The translations under genes and the position numbers were made by a program. Below the pieces are notes generated by a model. The model worked only from the letters and a program-made list of their open reading frames with translations, was not told where the DNA came from and searched no databases. From Chrysemys picta bellii (Eukaryota), in assembly GCF_011386835.1 (NCBI RefSeq), contig NC_088794.1:57722001-57786000 (forward strand): a stretch of 64,000 bases of DNA, read 5' to 3'. Each line of letters opens with the position of its first letter. Positions within the stretch are counted from its first letter, which is position 1. Below are positions 53,256-63,725 of this stretch, one piece after another.

Positions 53256-53321
53256 AGAGAAGGACATCGAGATGTTCCTGGAATCCAGCCGCAGCAAGTT
53301 CATCGGTTACACGCTGGGGAG
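53256..53321 (+). CDS. STRIP1: STRIP1 exon 11
   Basis: REKDIEMFLESSRSKFIGYTLG; AG/GT flanks. Confidence 0.96.
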
Positions 53322-53545
53322 GTGAGTTAAAGCAGAGCTCTGGGGCCTGGGCAGAGCCAGTTTGTGGGTCATCCCATTTCAGCCTCACATGCTGACGTGC
53401 TGGCAAGGCTACAGCAGATGGGCAAACTCCCGCCTGGCTCAGTGGCTGCTCTCTGCCCTGTAGGAGAAATGGATCCTCTCCTTTCTGACCAGGAGGAGGG
53501 GACGTTTTCAGCCTCTGTGTCAGTCTGGCTTTTTCCTCTCTCTAG

Positions 53546-53609
53546 TGACACGAACACGGTGGTGGGGCTGCCCAGACCCATCCACGAGAGCATCCGAACC
53601 CTGAAACTG
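53546..53609 (+). CDS. STRIP1: STRIP1 exon 12
   Basis: SDTNTVVGLPRPIHESIRTLKL; AG/GT flanks. Confidence 0.96.
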
Positions 53610-54127
53610 GTGAGTGCCACCCTCACGGGCTCCCCTCAACACTGCCTGTATGTGCGGATGCCTCTAACCCCTCCCACCAGTTGAGGGCCGACTGTCCACC
53701 TTGTCCAGGTGCCAGGCCTCCAGCCTGCCCTCTCTCCTGTTCTCGCAGGGCTGCCCTCTTCTCCCCTGCAAAGTTCCCTGTCTACCCTGGGTCTCCCGAA
53801 CCAGGTCAGCCCCTTCCCGTGGTGTGACGACCATCCAGACTCCGGGCCACTCTCTGGTCGTCAATGGAGGGTTACCAGAAAGGTCCATTCGCTTTCCTGT
53901 TGGAATTAATCCTTTGTGAGCAGGTAGCAAACTACATAACGGTCAGGTGGACAGAACGTGTAATGGTCATAAAATGTTACAGGCACCTGCCTTCACAAGC
54001 CCGTCTGTGGCTTCCCCGCTGGGTGGGCTGCAGCTGGTGGGGTGTGCACCGTCAGCGAAGGGACTGGGGGAATCTCCCTGTGCCACTGGCCGGTGGCATT
54101 AACCTCCCCTGCTCTGTCTCTGCGCAG

Positions 54128-54199
54128 CACAAGTACACGTCGATCGCGGAGGTTCAGGTTCAGATGGAAGAGGAGTACCTGCGCTCCCCGCTCTCTGGG
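54128..54199 (+). CDS. STRIP1: STRIP1 exon 13
   Basis: HKYTSIAEVQVQMEEEYLRSPLSG; AG/GT flanks. Confidence 0.96.
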
Positions 54200-54685
54200 G
54201 TGAGTGCCACAGGGGCGCGCCCCTCTCTGGGGAGTCCACACATTGCAGGGAGGCAGATCCGTAAAGTGACTCTTTGGGGAGTGCGAGGAGGAGGCTGTGG
54301 GGCCTGCAGAACTGCTGATTGGGGTTTCTTTGGGTAGGTGTCTGTCCTCGGGGACCCTGCCAATCCTGTATCCCCTGAGGAGGTGACTGCATGCAGGAGC
54401 CTGTCACTGTGTGCATTCAGTTAGCCAGAGAGGTTTGCTCAAGGGTAACCTGCGGGGGGAGGTTCCTCCCCCCTCATGAGCTCTTATCCCTATGTGGCAG
54501 CCTGCTGTGTGACTGCTAGGCTGTCCTTTGGGGGATGGGAGGGCTGTGCCCGTGTCCTGGGAGGCCACATTGTGCTCGTGTCTGGTTCTGCAGAGCCAGG
54601 CAGGCCCCTGCACCCCAATCCAAATCGGCCACCTTGCGAGGGCTGGAGACGTTCTCAGGGCGCGGTTCTCTCATCTTTGTACTAG

Positions 54686-54760
54686 GGGGAAGAGGAAGTG
54701 GAGCAAGTTCCTACGGAAACCCTGTACCAGGGCCTCCATCCCAGCCTGCCCCAGTACATG
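54686..54760 (+). CDS. STRIP1: STRIP1 exon 14
   Basis: GEEEVEQVPTETLYQGLHPSLPQYM; AG/GT flanks. Confidence 0.96.
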
Positions 54761-55232
54761 GTGAGTTGTGGCCACACTACAGATCCTAGGCCGAGCCCCG
54801 TCCCTTCCCACTCCCCCGCCTTGACCAGTACAGCTGGACTTTCCTCTCCAAACTTACATTGGAGTGGGCCTGATCCCATGATCTTAGCCTCTTTCCACTG
54901 GTATGTGCCAAGTCATACTGGATCACTCCTTTCCCTGTCCGTTGGCGTGTGCTTGATTGTTCCCTCTGCTGCTTCAGACCCATCTCCTGACAAGTGCCTG
55001 ATTGCCCCTGCTTGTGAGTATGTCCCCAGTCACATGACTTCTGCCCACCCCTGCCCTTTGGTATGTGCTCCCTCTTTGCAAATTGACACGCACCTTGTGG
55101 CATCCTCTCGCCTTTCCCCACCGCGTACCGAATTGAGGGCCATTAAGAACCTCGGCGTCAGCGCCCACAGCCCTGTTCTCTGCCCTCGGAGGCCCTTCCC
55201 AGCCTCACCCAGCTCTCGGATGCACTCCACAG

Positions 55233-55330
55233 ATTGCCTTGTTGAAGATCCTGCTGGCCGCAGCCCCCACCTCCAAAGCCAAGACGGATTCCATTAACAT
55301 CCTCGCGGACGTCTTGCCGGAGGAGATGCC
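55233..55330 (+). CDS. STRIP1: STRIP1 exon 15
   Basis: IALLKILLAAAPTSKAKTDSINILADVLPEEM; AG/GT flanks. Confidence 0.96.
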
Positions 55331-56257
55331 GTGAGTGCCCTTCTCTGGTGGCCTGGAGAAGCCGACGGCGGGGTGAATGGGGGGGTGAGAGAACAGGGGT
55401 GACTAGGTCTCTGGTAGGTAGAAGGCCCCTCCTGGCTTTGCATGGCAGCGCTTTAAGGCCTGGCTGGTTGTGCTGGAGCTGGGGAGTCTTCGCCAGCATC
55501 CAGACTGCGGCAGGTGACTCAGTTTCCTGTGCTGGGAGCAAGTCTGAACTCTGAGCTAGGAAATGGCCTGAAGCTAGACTCCCTAGATTCTGTCAGGTCT
55601 CTCGCGCTAAGCAGGGTTAGGCCTGACCCTTGCTTGGAGGGGAGATCTTTGGCTCACACCCAAGATTGCGCAGGTAGCGGTGCTGGTGACTGTAGCAGGC
55701 GCCTTCCCTCTGAGTCAGGACTTGCAGCGCTGGGGGCATTGTGCTAGCAGAGGTGTTCTCTTTCTGCTGAGATGTCAAGCTTGGTACAGATTCCAGGGCG
55801 TGTTAGCCCAGCGTCCTGGCCTAATTCCAACTAGTGTGCCAGTCTAAATTGTGGTTTCAATCCGATACGGGATTGGCCTCCCCTGAACATTCTCATGTTC
55901 TGTTAGCCGCTGCTGCCGTCCGCCCCAGAGATGGCCGCGTTTCAGCGGTGGGATGGAGTGGCTACAAACTAGGCATAGGGATCAGTTGGTTGACTGGCCA
56001 CCTTGGGATCTTTGGGGTGAAGTGTATCCTGGAAACCTTATTCGTTAATTAAAGGTAGCATGAGCGTATGGAGTTGCAGGAAAGGCCTTCAGGGGACAGC
56101 GGGATGATGGCTGTGGAGAGGGAGAGAAGGGGCAAGAGGCGGTGGGCTGTACTCCCTTGGTAGGATTGTGGTCTGGCTGTCTCTGGCCATCCCCTCTTCT
56201 GGGGACTGGTTACCCCCTCCCTGAGACGGGGGCTGAGATTGGGGCTTTGTCCTCCAG

Positions 56258-56384
56258 GACCACGGTGCTGCAGAGCATGAAGCTGGGCGTGGACGTGAAC
56301 CGGCACAAAGAGATCATTGTCAAGGCCATTTCTGCCGTGCTGCTGCTGCTGCTCAAACACTTCAAGTTGAATCACGTTTATCAG
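56258..56384 (+). CDS. STRIP1: STRIP1 exon 16
   Basis: PTTVLQSMKLGVDVNRHKEIIVKAISAVLLLLLKHFKLNHVYQ; AG/GT flanks. Confidence 0.96.
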
Positions 56385-56469
56385 GTAAACCTGGATGGGG
56401 ACCCCCGGGTGGGGGACTGCCGCCCCCGCCCCCCCGCACACAGATGCAGCTCACTAGGGGAACACGGAG

Positions 56470-56483
56470 CACCAGGGGGCGCT
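56470..56483 (+). promoter_or_regulatory. CTCF-like binding motif
   Basis: CACCAGGGGGCGCT matches the CTCF core consensus; lies in STRIP1 intron 16. Confidence 0.65.
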
Positions 56484-56525
56484 CAGGTCTGCTTGCTTAT
56501 CTGCCTCCCTTATCTTTGCTCTTAG

Positions 56526-56626
56526 TTTGAGTACATGGCCCAGCACCTGGTGTTTGCCAACTGCATCCCACTCATCCTGAAATTCTTCAATCAGAACATC
56601 ATGTCTTACATCACTGCCAAGAACAG
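56526..56626 (+). CDS. STRIP1: STRIP1 exon 17
   Basis: FEYMAQHLVFANCIPLILKFFNQNIMSYITAKN; AG/GT flanks. Confidence 0.96.
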
Positions 56627-57209
56627 GTAACAGGGTGCCCAGGGCTTGCTGTACCACCAGGCCCTTCGCTGACCCTGCATCTGCTATGGAGTGGGATTGC
56701 TGCACAGTGGGGTGCCCCTACCATCACTAAACCTGCAGCAAGCTACCCAAGTGGGTTGTGGGGTACCTGATGGGGTCCCTCACCATCACTGACCATGCCA
56801 TGGGGTATCTGGTGGGGGCCCCCCGTCACTGGCCCAGTGTGACGTACTGAGTGGTTGTGGGGTGCCTTGAGGGCCCCCAACACTGCACCCACAGTGGGGT
56901 ACCCAGTACCTGCTCCCCCTCCCCAAGTGCTGCTCCTGCCGTGGGGCCCATAGGAAGGGAGCTGTTCTCGAATCTCTCCCATCAGACTCCCTTCCACGCT
57001 ACTGAATCCCCAGCAACGTCCCCTCTCGGTTGTGGCCCAGGCACCAGGACCCGTTCTCAGTAAATGGACGTTGTCAGCTATCCCCAGCATGGGATCCTTC
57101 AGGAAGCTGCCCCGGGGGGTGCAGGGGACTCCATAGAGATCTCCCCACGCAAGGCTGGGGCTGTGCATCGGCAAGCAGGAGAGGCTGAGGCCCTCTCTTC
57201 TCCTTCCAG

Positions 57210-57276
57210 CATCTCGGTCTTGGATTACCCTTACTGCGTGGTGCACGAGCTCCCGGAGCTGACGGCAGAGAGTCTG
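57210..57276 (+). CDS. STRIP1: STRIP1 exon 18
   Basis: SISVLDYPYCVVHELPELTAESL; AG/GT flanks. Confidence 0.96.
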
Positions 57277-57699
57277 GTGAGCTCAGCCCCCTGCAGTGCC
57301 CTGCAGGCTGCCCCCCTCCTGCCTGTCATGTCCTTTCCCTGCTGGGGCCAGAGCACAGAGGGGCTGTAGGGGAAATGAGGAGAGCTCTCTGCAGCACCGG
57401 GAGGCCTGGCATGTGGGAGCAAGCCTGTAAGCACCCAGAGCAGGCGGCTGCTGCTCAGAGGGCTGGGGCAGTGCTGGGCTCTGGGCCTTGCTGTGACAGC
57501 CCAGGCTTTCCGGAGATCAGCTCCCCGCACATGTGACTGGGATCCAGGTAGCGCTAGGGGAGGGCTGGGTGGGAAGGGACTCCTGGCCTTCAGGTTGGCC
57601 CTGTATAGCATGAGCCTCCTCCCACAGGCAGCCCATCCCTGCGCGACACACCCCCAAGCCAGCTGCTCACCCTCCCACCCGGCTTTCATCTCTCTGCAG

Positions 57700-57804
57700 G
57701 AAGCTGGGGATAACAACCAGTTTTGCTGGCGGAACCTGTTCTCCTGTATAAACCTCCTGAGGATACTGAACAAGCTGACAAAGTGGAAACACTCCAGGAC
57801 CATG
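57700..57804 (+). CDS. STRIP1: STRIP1 exon 19
   Basis: EAGDNNQFCWRNLFSCINLLRILNKLTKWKHSRTM; AG/GT flanks. Confidence 0.96.
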
Positions 57805-58044
57805 GTGAGTAGGGGCCCATTGGATGTCGGGACCACAAGGTGCAGAGACCTGTGTGGGTGGGGGGCTGCGTAAGGCTCTATATGGCCTTAAAAACCTCCG
57901 CGTGTGGAGTGTGGGCTGAGTCTTCGATCCAGCCCATGTCCTGATGCCAGGGAGGGGTATGGATGGGCTCGGTGTACATGTGCCTGGCACAGCATTACGC
58001 ACTGCGTGTGCCCCGTGGCGCGGTGTGACCAGTGTGCCTCCTAG

Positions 58045-58249
58045 ATGCTGGTGGTGTTCAAGTCGGCTCCCATCCTGAAACGAGCCCTGAAGGTGAAGCA
58101 AGCCATGATGCAGCTCTATGTCCTGAAGCTGCTCAAGGTGCAGACCAAGTACCTGGGGCGGCAGTGGAGGAAAAGCAACATGAAGACCATGTCCGCTATC
58201 TACCAGAAAGTGCGGCACCGGCTCAACGATGACTGGGCCTATGGAAATG
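58045..58249 (+). CDS. STRIP1: STRIP1 exon 20
   Basis: MLVVFKSAPILKRALKVKQAMMQLYVLKLLKVQTKYLGRQWRKSNMKTMSAIYQKVRHRLNDDWAYGN; weak donor gtacca. Confidence 0.95.
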
Positions 58250-59049
58250 GTACCACCCCCACCCTCTGCCCATGGCCTCTCACGTGCCTGATTCATTGGG
58301 GTTGGGTTGAGCCCAAGGGAGTGCTTATCCCAGGGGGCATCTGCTCACTTTGCCCAATAGCAGGTCAGGCTGGCACCTGGCCAGGAGCCCAAAGGGCGTC
58401 GCTAATTGGCATAAAACGTAACAGGTCTTTAACATACCAGATGGAGGCGAAACATTGCATGCTGGGACCTGTAGTCTCCAGGAGGCTGTCCCTCCATATT
58501 ACAGATGAGGGCAGCTGCTTGGACAAAGATGGAGCATTGCATGCTGGGAGAGAATGGCATGGGTGGGTGAAGATGGAGCACTGCTGGCTTCATCTCCACC
58601 CTAAAGATGTGGGCAGCAGCAGTCGACCTAGCAACTGTGGTTGAGCTGCTCCCGTTTATACCCATCAGCTATCAGGAACTGGCAGCTGTAGGAACTCGCT
58701 CCCCAGGGCAGCTGTACCAACCTCCCATTATGGGGAGGTGGCATCCCAACTGCTATATGGGAGCAGCTCAGTGGTACAGTTAGCCCAGTATCCTGTCTCT
58801 TGGCAAAAGCCATAAAGCACCTAACTGCCCAGTGCCCTCCCTGACTCCCACTGGTGATAGCTCAAGCCCTGAAGCTTGGGCATTAGGAGCCCTGATCGTG
58901 GGATTCCTAATCAAAGGGACTTTTCCTCTTTTGACACTCGTGGGCAGGGGCAGCTGCCTGTCCAAGGAGGGAGAGGGTAGGCAAGGTATGACCAGGAGAC
59001 CACCTTCCCCAGGCTATATAGGCCTAATGTCCTCCCCCTTCTGCCCTAG

Positions 59050-59297
59050 ATCTGGATGCGCGCCCCTGGGACTTCCAGGCGGAGGAGTGCGCCCTGCGAG
59101 CCAGCATCGAGCGCTTCAACTCCCGGCGCTATGACCGGGCGCACAGCAACCCTGACTTCCTGCCCGTGGATAACTGTTTACAGAGCGTGCTGGGCCAGAG
59201 GGTGGAGCTGCCAGAGGATTTCCAGATGAACTACGATCTATGGCTAGAAAGGGAAGTCTTCTCCAGACCTATCTCCTGGGAAGAACTGCTGCAATAA
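59050..59297 (+). CDS. STRIP1: STRIP1 exon 21, coding part
   Basis: DLDARPWDFQAEECALRASIERFNSRRYDRAHSNPDFLPVDNCLQSVLGQRVELPEDFQMNYDLWLEREVFSRPISWEELLQ*. Confidence 0.96.
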
Positions 59298-59852
59298 TGC
59301 CTGTGTGACATTAGGGGGCCCTGCAGAGACTTGGAGCTGGGGCTAACGTGCCGAAGGGACGATGCCGGGAATGGTCGAGTTCCTCTTCCTCATCCACTGA
59401 AGGCATGTTCCAGGTGTGGCCTATGCTGCCTGGAACAGCTGTTCCTCCCTCCTTCTCCAGATGGCAGCCTGGCTTCATCCCACCTGCTCAAGGACACAGC
59501 AGCACCAGTCACAGGCCTTTGCGGGGACCCAACAGCCGCTGCAGTTCCTGGTGAAGCTTGTGCCGACTGGGTTCCTGGGTCGCTTGGCTTCCACGCTGTT
59601 CAGTGAGGGGTCTGGGGGGAGGACAGATCTCCTCCATCATCCCCAAGACACTAGAGTCCAATCCCATCCGAGGGAAGCATGTTCCTTGGCCCCACTGCTT
59701 GGCTCAGACAGGGCTCTATGCTCTGCCTCCGTGCCGGGGGTTGGATGTGGCTGCCGGTTCTGGTCCCAAACCAGTCACTCCTGCCCACTCAGTGTGGTGC
59801 TCTGTCCCCCTCTAGTGGTGGTTGAGCCTCCTACAGCTTTGGCCAACTCATC

Positions 59853-59925
59853 TGGGGTCTCCACTCAGGCTGCAGAGGCTCCTGCTTTTAAAACCGGAAG
59901 TCCCGGGTTCAATCCCCACGGAGGA
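59853..59925 (+). pseudogene. Degenerate tRNA(Lys)-like sequence or SINE head in the STRIP1 3'UTR
   Basis: CTCAG...AGAG (D arm), CTTTTAA (anticodon loop), GGGTTCAATCCC (B box); no acceptor stem. Confidence 0.5.
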
Positions 59926-60369
59926 TGACTCACCCAGGGCATGGCATCACTCTAGCCACCTGCCTTTTCCTACCTCCTTCCCTGGCCAGAGGCGGGGAGA
60001 GCAGCCTCGGGTAAGGCAGAGGTGTGGGGGGCATAGAGAGGGGCTCGGGAAGAGGGTGTGGGGAGCAACAGGCTCGGTGCTGCCACCTAGTGTGTGCAGG
60101 AAGGTGGAGTGGTGGTAGCAGCAGCCTGTGCTCTCACCAATGCCAGGGCTGGGCATAGCCGAAAAGACCCCAAGCAAACAAGGTGGCTGATGCTAGGATG
60201 CAGGGGACATGGTGAGTGGAGAAGGGACCTTCATTTGGAGCTGGGCTGCTGTCCCGCCTCACCCCGCTTGGTGGCGCAGGGGAGCTGTACATATCTATAA
60301 ATAGCCCTGTAACCATTCCTCCTGCGTAACTCCAAATGCCAGGTTTTTAATGTCTTTGTGACTCTTTGC

Positions 60370-60375
60370 ATTAAA
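60370..60375 (+). terminator. Probable STRIP1 poly(A) signal ATTAAA
   Basis: ATTAAA preceded by a U-rich stretch (GTTTTTAATGTCTTTGTG), about 1.07 kb after the stop codon. Confidence 0.6.
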
Positions 60376-61089
60376 CAATCTGTTGCGCTTGGACTTGGCT
60401 TGAGCTAGGTGTGGGGCTCCTCCATCCTGCAGAGCAGCTGCTCCCTGCCGATATCCAGCAGGCCCCTACAGCTTCCCATCCACCTTCCCCAATTGGGCCT
60501 TTTCTGCTCTTGAGGCCACCCCAGTCTCCCCTTCTTCCATCAGGCCTTGAGCCCAAGGCTCTGTGGGCCAGCCTGTCTCAGTAGCTGTGCCCGCAATGGG
60601 GGTCTGGCTGTTCTGGCAGCTGGACCAACCTGCTCCTTCCTAGCTTGCAGCTTAGCCCCTCTTAAACACACAAGGTTTTTCTCCTTGGCCAATGACCGTG
60701 AGCCAGGCAGGGTTTCCAGTGTCCTCTGATCGCCCCTGGGTCTGCCCATACAGCCGATCCCCATGCCAGGTGCTAGCAGAGCGGGTGAGGTGGGGACAAG
60801 GGCAGGCATTAGAAGATTCGGGTGACAAAAGTTGGGGGTGAGTTATTGACCCCTCTCTACATAGCTCTGGTGGGATGCGCCCTGTCTTGCTGTGTCCATG
60901 GATGGATAAGATGGTAGTTCCGACCAGAACACTGCAGGTGATCAGGGGGCTGCAGAGATTGATAGCTGAGGGGGGCAAGGAACATAGCTGGGCTAAGTGA
61001 CCACTGAAGCTGGGCTGGGGACTACATGTCCCCAGTGATGAGGAGGGTGAGGTGGCCAGTGGGCTGGTGTCTCAAAGGTGCTTAGCTAA

Positions 61090-61504
61090 TGTCAAGGGTC
61101 AGGTCCTGTAGCAGAGCCAGCTCTGGGTAATCTGACGAGCACAGCTGGCCTGCAGTAGACTGCTTGATTGGCTACCCTGCCTGATTGGCGGCAAGAGTCA
61201 GCAGACCAGCTCTTAAACCCAGCAGCCGTTTGGTGGCTGCTCAAAGCATTCGCCCACGGCTGTGATAATTTCTGGGCGTTCTTGTTCCCAGCCCTCTTCC
61301 TGCCTCGGACCCAACCCTGCTCCCGCTTTGCCTCATCCAGCTCTGACCCTTGGCTCCTATTCCCAACTTTGGCTCTGACCCATGGCCTCTGGCATCTGAC
61401 TCCAGTTCTCAGCCTGGGCTCCTATTCCTGGCTCCCAACTCCTGTCCTAACCACTAGGTATGACTCTCACTCCAACCAGTTGGCATGACTGCCCACATCG
61501 GACA
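61090..61504 (+). mobile_element. LTR-like element; boundaries uncertain
   Basis: Two GATTGG boxes, a CTTAAA TATA-like motif, internal CTCTGACCC/GGCTC repeats typical of turtle LTRs; no TSD found. Confidence 0.45.
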
Positions 61505-62569
61505 ACGAAGAGGAATAGGGTGAAAGCAATTGTGCGAAATCTGCTTACTTATGAAACCTATAAGCCTGTGGAGGGGCCTCCTAAGGGAAGCAGGGGAAGC
61601 CTTGTGTGGGCCATTTGTGGGCATGAGGCACGAGAATGACGAGACTGTGGGGCACTGTCCCATCTTGTCAGGACACCCCGGCTAGCTCCCCTTGTGGTCA
61701 GGTGGTGCTGTGGCTGCACAGCCTGTGCCAATGATGCAAGTTCACTGTTACAGCTGTAGCCAGCAGTTTATGGTGTGGAACTCATATCCTCCGTTGTCAG
61801 TGCCATGGGGACTGGCAGGGCTGCCAATTGCCTGCCTCTGGCTCCTTGGCCTTCTTCCTGTACCACCCCCACAACTGAGGCAGGCTAGAGCCAGCAGGGA
61901 TTAAAAAGATGGGGAGGGGGGAGGCTGCGGTGCTAGTGAATGTGGCTGCTGGTGCTTTGAAGTTGAGGTTATAGGCTGAACCAGGCTCTCTTCAGAGCCC
62001 CTCTGATGCAGTCCCACGCCCTGTCCTGGAGCTTCCAGCCTGTGGCTGCTGGTATGGACCAGCCCATTCCTGCTCCTGCTGTCTCTGCAGAAGCTGCTGC
62101 GGCTGGGGGCCGTGCGAGGAGGCATTGCTTCTGGCTCAGGCAGCGGCTGGGGATGTGGCAGCCATCGCAGGCTTCCAGAATATTTTGTTGTTGGCGAAAC
62201 AGACAGAATCAGTTTCACAGCCCGGCTTGTGCTGCTTTGCCTTCTAGCCAGAGCCCTTTTGAGAGAAGGGTGGAATGGATGTGGAAAGGTAGGGTCACTG
62301 CCCTCTGAATGCAGGGGGGCTACTGTTTTAAAGCAGGTGGGGAGCCTCTGTATACTGCATGATGGATCATGTTGGGTGTCTTCTACATTCCCTGGCCAGA
62401 GAAATCACTGCATATTCCAGAGCTCCTCCCATGATCAGCCTGCACATCCCATGTGGTACAGCGGCACCTCCTGAGATTAGAGCCCCAGTATGCGACGTGA
62501 TGTACATATATGTGCAAAGAGCCGGCCCGTGCCCTAAGCAGCTGATGGTCTATACAGACAAAGGGTGGG

Positions 62570-62665
62570 GTTCCTGTCCTTGACAGATGGGAACAGAAAG
62601 ATGAAGGGACTTGCCCAAAGTCCCCTGGACAGGTTAGAGTTTGAACCCAGATCTCCTGGGAACAG
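62570..62665 (-). mobile_element. MIR-like SINE
   Basis: ACAGATGGGAACAGAAAG...GACTTGCCCAAAGTC...TTTGAACCCAGATCTCCTG. Confidence 0.6.
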
Positions 62666-63365
62666 GAGATCTCATGGTTCAGGGTTTCAGCTGGCCCCCA
62701 GCAGGGGTCAGGAAGGGAATTACCCCCCATGCAGTGTGGAAGGGCTTTTTTAAATACTTCCTCAGAAGCAGCAGGGATGGCAATGGCTGGAGAGGGGACG
62801 TTGGGTGGGGTGGGCCAGGGCTCCCAGGTGCTTGGCTGGCTGGTTCTCGTTCACACGCTCAAGGTCTAGCCAATCGCTGGTGTAGGCTTGGGAAGGAATT
62901 TCCCCCCAGGTCAGAATGGCAGGGACCTTGGAGCTTTTCACCTTGCTCTGCAGGGTGGAGTGTGGGTCACTTGCTGAGATCATCTGGGTCTGGCTCACTC
63001 AATTCCTTGGCATTGTAGGGGCCTGGGGCACTAGTGCATCTTGGTCCCTCTTGTTCTGTCCCTGTGACGCAGCCATCTGGTCACCTATGGGCTGGGATAT
63101 GTTGGTCTCTGTCTGGTTGGTGGGGGCAGTGTGCAGATGCTGGTGGCCTGTGATGTTGGGGGGGCCAGATGGGATGAGCTCATGGTCATTTTGGGCCTTG
63201 AACTCTCTGACTCCTGCACCCAGCCCAGTGCTTTACCCTGCTAGCCCTTACCAGCTGTGCGGATGGCGCTAGTCCCCTTGCTGCATGCCACTGTGCCCCA
63301 TCCCATAGAGTGCTGTTTGGTAACCTCCCGCTATGCCTTCTCTTGGGAGGTGCTCTGTTTACTGA

Positions 63366-63487
63366 TTTCAGAGTAGCAGCCGTGTTAGTCTGTATCCTCA
63401 AAAAGAACAGGAGTACTTGTGGCACCTTAGAGACTAACAAATTTATTAGAGCATAAGCTTTCGTGGGCTACAACCCACTTCTTCGGA
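63366..63487 (-). mobile_element. Penelope-like terminal fragment with a hammerhead variant
   Basis: TTTCAGAGTAGCAGCCGTGTTAGTCTG...GGCACCTTAGAGACTAAC...AAGCTTTCGTGGGCTAC; perfect 10-bp TSD TGTTTACTGA. Confidence 0.9.
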
Positions 63488-63490
63488 TGT
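63451..63490 (-). ncRNA. Minimal hammerhead motif, U4C core variant
   Basis: (A)CAU-CCGAAGA-A-GUGGGU-UGUA-GCCCAC-GAA-AGCU-U/AUGC. Confidence 0.55.
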
Positions 63491-63584
63491 TTACTGAGTG
63501 ATCTTTGACCTACCCCTCAGCCCTGCTACTGGGCCTTCGAGCCAAAGCTTGATTCCTGCCAAAGCCCCTCCCCCAGCAGCCCTC

Positions 63585-63660
63585 AAACATTATCCCCATA
63601 TTACAAAGGGGAGAAACAGAGACAGCAGGGGACCATGACTCCAGGCAACCATCTTTGGCA
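63585..63660 (-). mobile_element. MIR-like SINE fragment
   Basis: ATTATCCCCATATTACAAAGGGGAGAAACAGAG. Confidence 0.5.
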
Positions 63661-63725
63661 CAGCTAGGAAGAAAGCCCAGTTGTAGACACACGAGTGCTA
63701 AGTACATTAGATATACTGTGAGATA

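Larger units (their letters stand above)
40240..60395 (+). other. STRIP1: STRIP1 (FAM40A) transcription unit, 21 exons; both ends approximate
   Basis: 21 GT-AG exons total 2463 nt (820 aa + stop) matching recalled STRIP1; follows AHCYL1 in the same order as on human 1p13. Confidence 0.97.
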
